Position numbers and translations under genes: made by a program. Shown one piece after another: positions 17,352-24,711 of a stretch of DNA of 43,948 nucleotides (position 1 is its first letter; each line of letters opens with the position of its first letter). A model generated the notes under the pieces. That model worked only from the letters and a program-made list of their open reading frames with translations. It did not search any database and was not told where the DNA came from. The DNA is from a virus (Duplodnaviria > Caudoviricetes), in the IMG/VR virus record IMGVR_UViG_3300043037_000014, positions 1 through 43,948 of that record; one strand, given 5' to 3'.

Positions 17352-17582
17352 TCATTTTAATTCTCCTTGCTGTTCTAGCCATATAGTTAGTCTATTTATC
17401 ATTTTATCTCTGTCTGTTAGTCTGTTTATACGTGCTTGACATTGTTGCTTAGCTTCTATAAGTTTAGACATATCATTGTTTATACGTTCCATATCTTCAA
17501 TAGTTTTTTCTAGTGAGTCAAATGGGTTTGGTACACTAATGCAATCTTTCATATATTCTATTTCTTCTTTAGTTAGCTTCAT
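17352..17582 (-). CDS. Hypothetical coiled-coil protein (76 aa)
   Basis: ORF track; ATGA coupling to the upstream mini-ORF. Confidence 0.7.
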   Translation of the reverse strand: MKLTKEEIEYMKDCISVPNPFDSLEKTIEDMERINNDMSKLIEAKQQCQARINRLTDRDKMINRLTIWLEQQGELK

Positions 17583-17638
17583 TTTAATCCCCTACAATAT
17601 CTCTCGCAATCTTCACGAGGTAATTCTTTACCAATCAT
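17579..17638 (-). CDS. 19-aa mini-ORF duplicating the C-terminus of 17808-18095
   Basis: MIGKELPREDCERYCRGLK* vs DLPREACEGYCRRLK*; AGGAGG RBS; ATGA overlaps at both ends. Confidence 0.55.
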   Translation of the reverse strand: MIGKELPREDCERYCRGLK

Positions 17639-17811
17639 ATCTTTCCTCCTAAAGTAAATATTCTATCTGTTCTAGTTCCTGAGTCTTTTACCATCTTGCA
17701 TCTAAATAATGCAAACAATGGCTGTTTTTCCATGTCCCATTGCTTCTTAAACCCAATATAAAAATGTGGTTTTTTATCTCTTATTCCAAATACTATTATT
17801 AATGGTTTCAT
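17635..17811 (-). CDS. Hypothetical protein (58 aa, not in ORF track)
   Basis: MKPLIIVFGIRDKKPHFYIG...TLGGKI; AGGAG RBS; ATGA overlaps. Confidence 0.65.
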   Translation of the reverse strand: MKPLIIVFGIRDKKPHFYIGFKKQWDMEKQPLFALFRCKMVKDSGTRTDRIFTLGGKI

Positions 17812-18095
17812 TTTAATCTCCTACAATATCCCTCACAAGCTTCGCGAGGCAAATCAGTTTCTATATTTATATGTTCTTTCCCACACTTTTGGCAAGTAAA
17901 ACCATATCTATAAACATCAAATGTCTGACCACAAGTACACTTAAAAAAATTGTCTTGAATAGCTTTGGTCTTGGTAGTTTCCCAAGCCATGCACTTGTCT
18001 GTTATACAAGTTGTTTCATATGCTCCAGCACTTTCTAAAGCACACCTATAACTCATAAAAGGGCATATTAATTCTGATGCTTGTTTAATAGTCAT
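17808..18095 (-). CDS. Cys-rich zinc-ribbon protein (95 aa)
   Basis: CPF, C...KCMAW, CTCG, CQKCG, GYC. Confidence 0.75.
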   Translation of the reverse strand: MTIKQASELICPFMSYRCALESAGAYETTCITDKCMAWETTKTKAIQDNFFKCTCGQTFDVYRYGFTCQKCGKEHINIETDLPREACEGYCRRLK

Positions 18096-18154
18096 CTTTT
18101 ACTCCTTACCCATTCACAAGCAGTCATTACGTTTATCATTTCTCTAGTTGTCAT
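18092..18154 (-). CDS. 20-aa mini-ORF bridging two genes
   Basis: MTTREMINVMTACEWVRSKR*; GGAG RBS; ATGA overlaps at both ends. Confidence 0.45.
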   Translation of the reverse strand: MTTREMINVMTACEWVRSKR

Positions 18155-18384
18155 TTGTTACTCCATTCTTCATAATCTACATAGAACTCTATCAGCTCAT
18201 CTGATATAGGGTCATAGAGTTCAACTAGGTATTCACCGCTATATCTGTCTGCGTACTCAGGGTAGTTAGTAAAAATGTATTCTAGTATTTCTGCTCTATC
18301 ACTATCTTCAAGCTCATACATTCTAGTTGGTACACCTCTGTTACCATCAGCATCACATCCGTAGTTTTCTATATAACTAATCAT
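18151..18384 (-). CDS. Small acidic protein (77 aa)
   Basis: 20 D/E vs 5 K/R; AAGGA RBS. Confidence 0.75.
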   Translation of the reverse strand: MISYIENYGCDADGNRGVPTRMYELEDSDRAEILEYIFTNYPEYADRYSGEYLVELYDPISDELIEFYVDYEEWSNK

Positions 18385-18620
18385 TGTTTATCCTTTATCA
18401 GTACATTCACTACATTATCTATAACAATAACATCTAGCTTAGTTACGTTAGCTTCCTTTCCATTGATAAATATTTTATCATCAACTAGCTTACAACTCAC
18501 CACTGCTTTATCGCTTACACATCTAGCCCACATAGACGATTGTGGTTCTTTAGCTTCTGCTAATCCGTAGAAGCTAATGACTATAAGCATAAACAGTATA
18601 GCTAATATAAGTTTATTCAT
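18381..18620 (-). CDS. Small exported protein with signal peptide (79 aa)
   Basis: MNKLILAILFMLIVISFYGLAEA/KE signal peptide; two Cys; start better at 18620 than 18689. Confidence 0.7.
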   Translation of the reverse strand: MNKLILAILFMLIVISFYGLAEAKEPQSSMWARCVSDKAVVSCKLVDDKIFINGKEANVTKLDVIVIDNVVNVLIKDKQ

Positions 18621-18789
18621 TGTCTTCACGTTCCATCTCCATATAATATTCATCCCATTCTGACACCTCATCATTACACCCCTTATCATTGTAAGCTTTC
18701 ACCAGGTTTCCATCATATTCCTCACTTAATGCTTGAAACTCTTCCATACTTAGACTGTCATACCATTTAACAAAGTCAGGTGTTATCAT
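18613..18789 (-). CDS. Small acidic protein (58 aa, not in ORF track)
   Basis: MITPDFVKWYDSLSMEEFQ...EMEREDNE; AAGGAG RBS; 18 D/E vs 4 K/R. Confidence 0.7.
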   Translation of the reverse strand: MITPDFVKWYDSLSMEEFQALSEEYDGNLVKAYNDKGCNDEVSEWDEYYMEMEREDNE

Positions 18790-18908
18790 TTTGCACTCCT
18801 TCTATATAGTCTAAATAGCTTATTAAAATCTGAAACATCTAACCTTTTATCTAAAGCACACATAGCCTTTAACCATTTTCTAAATGCTGGTATATGTTTA
18901 ACTTTCAT
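18786..18908 (-). CDS. Small basic protein (40 aa, not in ORF track)
   Basis: MKVKHIPAFRKWLKAMCALDKRLDVSDFNKLFRLYRRSAK; coupled at both ends. Confidence 0.6.
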   Translation of the reverse strand: MKVKHIPAFRKWLKAMCALDKRLDVSDFNKLFRLYRRSAK

Positions 18909-19117
18909 TAGTTACCCTTTACTTCTTTGCCATTTCTATATATCTTGTAGCTATGTATATGTGGTTTAACCTTCTTTAGCTTTTTCATTATGTCTTTAGC
19001 TTTACAATTAATACCAAATATACCCATACGTGCATCATATGGAGCTATACCATCAGACCCTAATATCTGCATACCTTGCTCATCAAATAATTGTATATAG
19101 TTTCCATTGTATAACAT
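18908..19117 (-). CDS. Hypothetical protein (about 69 aa)
   Basis: AGGAGG RBS precedes the internal ATG (MLYNG) of track ORF 18908-19153. Confidence 0.7.
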   Translation of the reverse strand: MLYNGNYIQLFDEQGMQILGSDGIAPYDARMGIFGINCKAKDIMKKLKKVKPHIHSYKIYRNGKEVKGN

Positions 19118-19211
19118 TTTACCTCCTAATAGGTTGTAGTATTTAATATCCACCTATAATTTATTACTAGCTCATATTTAATCTATGGCTACTACTTAGA
19201 TAACCATGAGC

Positions 19212-19430
19212 TTATATTATTACGTTTATAGTATCAACTTCTTTAGCTTTATCTTTTAAATATTCTATACAAGCCGACTGTTGCCTAATAGTAGCTTTTT
19301 GATTTTCTACTAAAGCCTCTAGCTCAGCCATGCGTTTAAGTTGCCCTTGCAACCATCTAGCGTTCACTTGGGCTTTTTGCTCAGGTTTAACATAATCAAT
19401 TTTAAATTGTTCAAGTGCTACATCTAACAT
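19212..19430 (-). CDS. Hypothetical coiled-coil protein (72 aa)
   Basis: GGAG RBS; starts immediately after the upstream stop codon. Confidence 0.7.
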   Translation of the reverse strand: MLDVALEQFKIDYVKPEQKAQVNARWLQGQLKRMAELEALVENQKATIRQQSACIEYLKDKAKEVDTINVII

Positions 19431-19604
19431 TTAATCTCCCTCATATAATTCGTTGGCATCTATCTCGCCATTATCAACCAAAGCATTAGTTTGCTTACCA
19501 TAAAACTCTTCTTCTAACTCTTTAATCTTCTTCTCTTTTAACTCAACCGGTGCGTTAGATGTTTGATATGACTCTAACTTAGCTTTAAATTCTCTCTCAT
19601 TCAT
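19431..19604 (-). CDS. Hypothetical protein (57 aa, not in ORF track)
   Basis: MNEREFKAKLESYQTSNAPVELKEKKIKELEEEF...; AAGGA RBS; TATAAT at 19635-19640. Confidence 0.7.
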   Translation of the reverse strand: MNEREFKAKLESYQTSNAPVELKEKKIKELEEEFYGKQTNALVDNGEIDANELYEGD

Positions 19605-19634
19605 TTTTGCCGTCCTTAATCTTTATATAATATA

Positions 19635-19665
19635 ATTATATAATAAATTAAATTAAATTAAAATA
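19635..19665 (-). promoter_or_regulatory. Putative promoter
   Basis: Minus strand TTTTAATTTAATTTAATTTATTATATAAT. Confidence 0.55.
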
Positions 19666-19701
19666 AATCGTAAACAAAACTATTCACATGAAGCAGAGAA
19701 A

Positions 19702-22041
19702 CTATATCTCCGCCTCTTCACTTGGCGCTATATCTTCCTTATTATATTTAAGCCAGTCCTGGTAACTTTTTATAACTTTATCTGATAGTTTTATGCTCAA
19801 TCCACGTGTGGCCCATTTAGCATACTTAGCTTTATCTCTATAGTCCTGTTTACTTAGTGATGAGAAAACTACATTACCTAGTCTAAACGCTATGTTCTTA
19901 GGTGATAGGTTTGTCATATCCTCATCTCTTGTAGCATTTAACAATACCCTAAAGAAGTCTTGTGGTAGTAGAGTTGTCCACTTACCTTGTGTACGAGACG
20001 TTGGTGGTTTAAGCTGCTCAAGTATAAACTCAACTATTTCATGTTTACTCATATAATTATTTTTACCTGGCACAAATGCATCAAATAATATATTAGGACC
20101 AGCCATAATCATAGATATTAATTTCTCGCTAGTTGTTCCATCAGTCTTAGCACTTAATAGGAATGATGTTGTAGGAGCTTCTATGTACAGCTCTCTATAA
20201 TACTTATCCTGCTCAGATGTAAATAAATGAAAACAATAATTAGCTATGTCTTGTATCTCTTGTCTATACACAGTATAGTCCGACATAATCTCTGCAATGA
20301 CTAAACCTTCCTCATCTGTCAGCTTCTCTGTTGGTGCCCATATAAAAAATCTACGGTCAGTCTCATCAACTTTTGGATAGAAGTTACTGCTCACTGCAAT
20401 ACATGCAGACTTATCAGATATGGTTATTGACCCACCTTTTTGGTTCACTGCCTTTATTGTTCCAGACGTTTCACGCTTTATACGTGCATATAATTCACTC
20501 CAATGTTTAGTGTCATGCAAGTCATCAAAACAAGTCAGTTTAGTATTATGAAATGCATCACCCCACTTCGCTGTCTCTTCATCTATTGTCTTAACCATAC
20601 CTCTAGGTAATATATGCATTGGTAGCTTAGCGGTGAATGTAGATTTCCCTGTACCTCCTTGCACATTTGACGCTGTGCTTAGTGACATTACAGTGCTTAG
20701 CTGTTTTGTTGAGAAGAGTATATGAGCTAACCAATGATAATAAAAATCCTCTGGGTCGACTGAACATTGAGAGTCCTCATCCTGCTCAAATATTTTACTT
20801 ATAGCCTTAGTTAATACATTGTTTGGCTTCTGAGAAACTGCACCTATATTTAATATGTATTGTGTTGGAACTATCATTGATAGTGTGAATAGGTCACGGT
20901 CTAAATCATATGATATTCTAGGTGCATATGGGTTTGATGTTATTTCCACAAACGGTATACCAAATGTCCATGTGTCTGCATTTAGTGTAGGGAATAAGTG
21001 TGCTAACGACTTTTGCCCACGCAATATCGTATCATTAGTAACTATAGGCACATAGGTATACTTATCAACTAATATATACTTCAAAGCACCTGAATTATCT
21101 ATTGTTGAAATGACTCTATGCTGATTTGTTCTTGAGATAGGTGCTTTAGCCATATGAGCATCAAAATTCTCATTATAATCATCGATTTCATATATAGGTA
21201 ATGTAGGTATAATCTGTTTATATAACCGCGTCTGCGTCTCTTTAGAATTTAGATTTATGTTGTATTCTTTAACAAGCATGTGCTCCAGAAAACTAATCAC
21301 TGTTTGGTGCGGTATGTATTCGTTTAAAGCCAAATAATACGCTATTGTATTAAACGTATCATAGGCTAAAGGTGGGCATGTATAGGTGCGATTTTTATCA
21401 GCTTTGTCTTTAGGTGTTAGTAGCTTCCACAATCTACGCTTATCATCTAATTTATCAGCTATATAATCCTCTATTATCTGTCTTTCATAAGGTGCAAATC
21501 GTTTATTTGTCACTTGGTTGTGCTTCTTATTTAGTGTAGAGGTTGGGACTATAGACATTAAAAAATCTATCTCTCTAGGTTTAAGCTCTAATATGGTTGT
21601 ATTCTCCATATCATAGTGCTCATTAACGTCGTGTAGATGTCCCTCAAAAACTATACCATTGGATAGCACATCAACCTTTGGCCAAGCACCAACTATACGC
21701 GTAATAGGGAACTCCTCAGGTCGCTTTATGTAGATATGTTGCTTATTAGGGTTGGTAGTTGTAGTGGTAAATGTTTGCGCTAATGTAGGCATATTCTGCA
21801 TAAGCATAGAAACTATATCTGTGCTAGGTGCATCTAAATCTATTACTATAACATTGTGGTCCTCAGCCCTAAGCTTATACATATTATCATCTTTAAACTT
21901 ATCTAATGGTTGATAATCTTGGCGATATGCAACTATAGGTTCTTTACGTCCATTTACCATCTTCCATCTACCTGCTGGGTAGATGTCAATGTGTAATGAC
22001 TTAAATGTTTCAACTATTTGCTGTCTTGTATATTTAGCCAT
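19702..22041 (-). CDS. Bifunctional primase-polymerase / SF3 (D5-like) helicase
   Basis: VIVIDLD and KQHIY prim-pol motifs; QGGTGKST Walker A, CFDDL Walker B, SSN motif C, DRRF. Confidence 0.88.
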   Translation of the reverse strand: MAKYTRQQIVETFKSLHIDIYPAGRWKMVNGRKEPIVAYRQDYQPLDKFKDDNMYKLRAEDHNVIVIDLDAPSTDIVSMLMQNMPTLAQTFTTTTTNPNKQHIYIKRPEEFPITRIVGAWPKVDVLSNGIVFEGHLHDVNEHYDMENTTILELKPREIDFLMSIVPTSTLNKKHNQVTNKRFAPYERQIIEDYIADKLDDKRRLWKLLTPKDKADKNRTYTCPPLAYDTFNTIAYYLALNEYIPHQTVISFLEHMLVKEYNINLNSKETQTRLYKQIIPTLPIYEIDDYNENFDAHMAKAPISRTNQHRVISTIDNSGALKYILVDKYTYVPIVTNDTILRGQKSLAHLFPTLNADTWTFGIPFVEITSNPYAPRISYDLDRDLFTLSMIVPTQYILNIGAVSQKPNNVLTKAISKIFEQDEDSQCSVDPEDFYYHWLAHILFSTKQLSTVMSLSTASNVQGGTGKSTFTAKLPMHILPRGMVKTIDEETAKWGDAFHNTKLTCFDDLHDTKHWSELYARIKRETSGTIKAVNQKGGSITISDKSACIAVSSNFYPKVDETDRRFFIWAPTEKLTDEEGLVIAEIMSDYTVYRQEIQDIANYCFHLFTSEQDKYYRELYIEAPTTSFLLSAKTDGTTSEKLISMIMAGPNILFDAFVPGKNNYMSKHEIVEFILEQLKPPTSRTQGKWTTLLPQDFFRVLLNATRDEDMTNLSPKNIAFRLGNVVFSSLSKQDYRDKAKYAKWATRGLSIKLSDKVIKSYQDWLKYNKEDIAPSEEAEI

Positions 22042-22271
22042 TATAGTGCCTTTAGTATAGCTAGTATAGTACTTAGCTTGCCTTGTGACATATTTAGCTT
22101 AGATGCTATAGTCTGCTGATTTGTCATAGCTATGTCATAGATTAAATCTTCTCTGCGTTCTATTATCTTAGCATAAAAATTATTACTATCTATGATAGGT
22201 GAGTGCTCAGCAATATAAGCATATAAATCATCTGCGCGCAACCTATTAGTTGATTGTTTGGTGTCTTGCAT
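22041..22271 (-). CDS. HTH DNA-binding protein (76 aa)
   Basis: NQQTIASKLNMSQGKLSTIL; AAGGAGG RBS; TAATG coupling to the primase. Confidence 0.75.
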   Translation of the reverse strand: MQDTKQSTNRLRADDLYAYIAEHSPIIDSNNFYAKIIERREDLIYDIAMTNQQTIASKLNMSQGKLSTILAILKAL

Positions 22272-22296
22272 TTTACCTCCTTGATGTTTTATCTAT

Positions 22297-22330
22297 ATTA
22301 TATCTAAATTATTATTAATTTATTATTAAG
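22297..22330 (-). promoter_or_regulatory. Putative promoter of the HTH-primase operon
   Basis: Minus strand TTAATAATAAATTAATAATAATTTAGATATAAT. Confidence 0.6.
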
Positions 22331-22399
22331 GACAAATTTTGTCTCTTTAATAATCATAATTTATAAATAACGATTAATATTTTAATAAATCAGTCCAGA

Positions 22400-22704
22400 A
22401 GTGCGTTGTACCAGTAGTTATATCAAAAAATCAGTTTTTTATATGATTTAAATATTTAAATACAAGCAAAAATCCACCTAGCTTCCTAGCTTGCTTTGTG
22501 GCTTGGCGGGGCTTCCTGATTGATTGATTTTTAATATTTTAGAAATCGGTCCCGGAGTGCGTTGTACCAGTAGTTATATCAAAAAATCAGTTTTTTATAT
22601 GATTTAAATATTTAAATATATATGTAATTTGAGCACAGCTAAACTATAATTAGTAAGGCCGTTTTCTGGTGACTTGATAAATCACTGATTTTTTGATGTA
22701 ACTA
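22400..22704. repeat. Two identical 63-bp direct repeats (22400-22462, 22556-22618) plus an inverted 21-bp core copy (22684-22704); candidate replication origin
   Basis: agtgcgttgtaccagtagttatatcaaaaaatcagttttttatatgatttaaatatttaaata x2; actgattttttgatgtaacta is the reverse complement of the core with one mismatch. Confidence 0.9.
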
Positions 22705-22785
22705 TAGTTTTTTTTTCTAAGATTATTTTAATTTTATTTTGTTTAAAATAATCTTAAAAAATTAAATTAGTTTCGAAATTTAAAC

Positions 22786-22813
22786 TTCCGAGGCCTATCC
22801 ACCAACCTCGGAA
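22786..22813 (-). terminator. Hairpin / probable terminator of the first early unit
   Basis: TTCCGAGG...CCTCGGAA stem, followed on the minus strand by an AT-rich tract. Confidence 0.5.
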
Positions 22814-22844
22814 AATATTAGTTTCTAGGATAACAAAGCTACGG

Positions 22845-22919
22845 AGTATCTAAGCACATTAAGTATCTAAGCCCATTAAGTATCTAAGCACATTAAGTAT
22901 CTAAGCCTACTGAGTATCT
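22845..22919. repeat. 17-bp tandem repeat, about 4.4 copies
   Basis: AGTATCTAAGC(A/C)CATTA at 22845, 22862 and 22879, a variant at 22896, a partial at 22913. Confidence 0.95.
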
Positions 22920-23131
22920 TCATCATCCTCATTAGATTTTGAGAGACTGAGCTTGCATAATAGCTTAAAGTCTTCATCATCGTAACAAGCTATACTAGCT
23001 AAGCTTTTGAGCACATCATCCACCTCAGTGTTTAAGCTATAAAGTTTTCCATTAATTAAGCGACTATAACTAATATAGCTTCCGTTAATAGTCAAGCTAT
23101 AACAATTTGATTTATCAATACTAAAGTGCAT
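22907..23131 (-). CDS. Hypothetical protein (74 aa), acidic C-terminus
   Basis: AAGGA RBS; ORF track. Confidence 0.65.
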   Translation of the reverse strand: MHFSIDKSNCYSLTINGSYISYSRLINGKLYSLNTEVDDVLKSLASIACYDDEDFKLLCKLSLSKSNEDDEDTQ

Positions 23132-23216
23132 AATAGTTCCTTACACGAGATATATACTCTTTATAAGATATCATTTTATGCTTTAACATAACTTGTAGTT
23201 CTAATATAGTTTCCAT
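23121..23216 (-). CDS. 31-aa hypothetical peptide (not in ORF track)
   Basis: METILELQVMLKHKMISYKEYISRVRNYYAL; AAAGG RBS. Confidence 0.5.
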   Translation of the reverse strand: METILELQVMLKHKMISYKEYISRVRNYYAL

Positions 23217-23240
23217 AATTTATAACCTTTTGAATAGATA

Positions 23241-23273
23241 ATAAAATAGGCCTGCCCAGATAAGCAGACCTAT
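23241..23273 (-). terminator. Intrinsic terminator
   Basis: Minus strand ATAGGTCTGC-TTATCTGG-GCAGGCCTAT-TTTAT. Confidence 0.7.
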
Positions 23274-23280
23274 AAGTATT

Positions 23281-23721
23281 TTAAGCAAGAGCATAGCCAA
23301 GCTTACTTAGTTCTTCGCGAACATCACTGTAGTATTTAACTTCATTTCTTAAAACTTTCAACTCTTCGGCCTCTTTAGCTTTAGCTTTGCCATTTTCTAC
23401 ATCACCCGCTAACAATAGCTTCATAGCTTCGTTATTTAACTCTTGAATAATTCTACCAGCTTTAGTCCATTTGCTTATAGCTAGCTTTGAGTAGCCTTTT
23501 GATTTACCATTACTCATAACCATTTGAGCTTCAATAACATATAAACCGCTATATCTACAATAGTGATAGTTTTTGCCATCAATAGTTCTCATAGGATTTT
23601 GAACTACACTTCCACCCGCTTTTGGTGCTAAGATAGCTTCGAGCTCTTCACTCAACTTTTTGCTTGCTTTGTGTTTAGCTAAAATTTCTTGAACTTCAGC
23701 CCATAATTTAGTTTTAGTCAT
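23281..23721 (-). CDS. Basic Lys/Ala-rich hypothetical protein (146 aa), paralogue of 14954-15403
   Basis: GGGAGG RBS; LAKHKASKKLSEELEAILAPKAGG, YCRYSGLY, LLAGDV...KAK. Confidence 0.85.
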   Translation of the reverse strand: MTKTKLWAEVQEILAKHKASKKLSEELEAILAPKAGGSVVQNPMRTIDGKNYHYCRYSGLYVIEAQMVMSNGKSKGYSKLAISKWTKAGRIIQELNNEAMKLLLAGDVENGKAKAKEAEELKVLRNEVKYYSDVREELSKLGYALA

Positions 23722-23807
23722 AATAGACCTCCCATTTCGGATTAATTTAGATTTATACTATAAATAGTATATCAGAAGCGACGTTATAAAGTATCGCTTC
23801 AAATATA

Positions 23808-24026
23808 TTATTTAATTAGTGTTATTAAATAATCTTTAACTTCGGCATCTGTCTTAAAATCTACTAATTTAAGATAACCGTCATTACAGCCGAGATAGTC
23901 GGCTATTTCATATTTATCGATACCTAAATCGACAACAAACCTATCTAAATATTCAACCACTACATTAGTAGCTAAATCGTCTTCATTTAATAATACATTC
24001 TGAACGAATATTAAATTACTTTTCAT
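23808..24026 (-). CDS. First early gene, small acidic protein (72 aa)
   Basis: GGAG RBS; promoter at 24085-24118. Confidence 0.75.
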   Translation of the reverse strand: MKSNLIFVQNVLLNEDDLATNVVVEYLDRFVVDLGIDKYEIADYLGCNDGYLKLVDFKTDAEVKDYLITLIK

Positions 24027-24084
24027 TTTTGTCTCCGATTAATTTAGTTTTAACTCACAGTCTCTCAACCGTTCGTTTAATAAA

Positions 24085-24118
24085 ATTATACCGAGTTAAG
24101 CTTAAACGAATATTAAAT
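24085..24118 (-). promoter_or_regulatory. Early promoter
   Basis: Minus strand TTTAATATTCGTTTAAGCTTAACTCGGTATAAT. Confidence 0.65.
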
Positions 24119-24366
24119 TAAGTAGAAATTGAATTAAATTATAAAGAAAATTTTCAGTGGGCTATATTAAATGAAACGCGTGCACGCGATATATCATAAT
24201 TTAGTTTAGAGTTTAATATGATATTTAGATTAGTTATTTTATTTAAGATTATTTTAATGTTTAGTGAGCCTCGAATTTTGGTTACTTTCTTGTGTTTAAT
24301 AGTAGGGCACCGGGCCCAGACAGCCTAGCCGCCTTGCCATTGACGAGCGGAGGTAGTTACGAGGTT

Positions 24367-24648
24367 AATCCAATTTAAACACCTATATAATTAAGCACAA
24401 TTAAAAAACAGAGATAATTAGAATACCGATATAATTAAAATACAAATCCAATTTAAACACCTATATAATTAAACACAATTAAAAAGCGATATAATTAAAA
24501 TACCAATCCAATTTAAATACCAATCCAATTTAAACACCTATATAATTAAGCACAATTAAAAAGCGAGATAACCAGAATACCTATATAATTAAACATAATT
24601 AAAATACAAATCCAATTTAAACACCTATATAATTAAACACAATTAAAA
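24367..24648. repeat. Four 40-bp direct repeats in a degenerate short-period array upstream of terS
   Basis: AATCCAATTTAAACACCTATATAATTAA(G/A)CACAATTAAAA at 24367, 24445, 24522 and 24609. Confidence 0.93.
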
Positions 24649-24667
24649 CGCTAATCCTTTAAGCAAA

Positions 24668-24691
24668 CTTTAATATTAAATAAGATATAAT
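24668..24691 (+). promoter_or_regulatory. Late/packaging promoter
   Basis: CTTTAATATTAAATAAGATATAAT, then AAGGAG RBS and ATG 24712. Confidence 0.65.
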
Positions 24692-24711
24692 ACAAAATTG
24701 AAGGAGACCAC

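Noticed and set aside
8835-22271. Lysogeny module based on the two HTH genes
   Set aside because: No integrase, partition genes or divergent cI/cro pair; both HTH genes are co-oriented within replication operons.
24367-24648. CRISPR mini-array (40-bp repeats with 37-47-bp spacers)
   Set aside because: The spacers are built from the same sub-repeats as each other and as the repeat; no cas genes.
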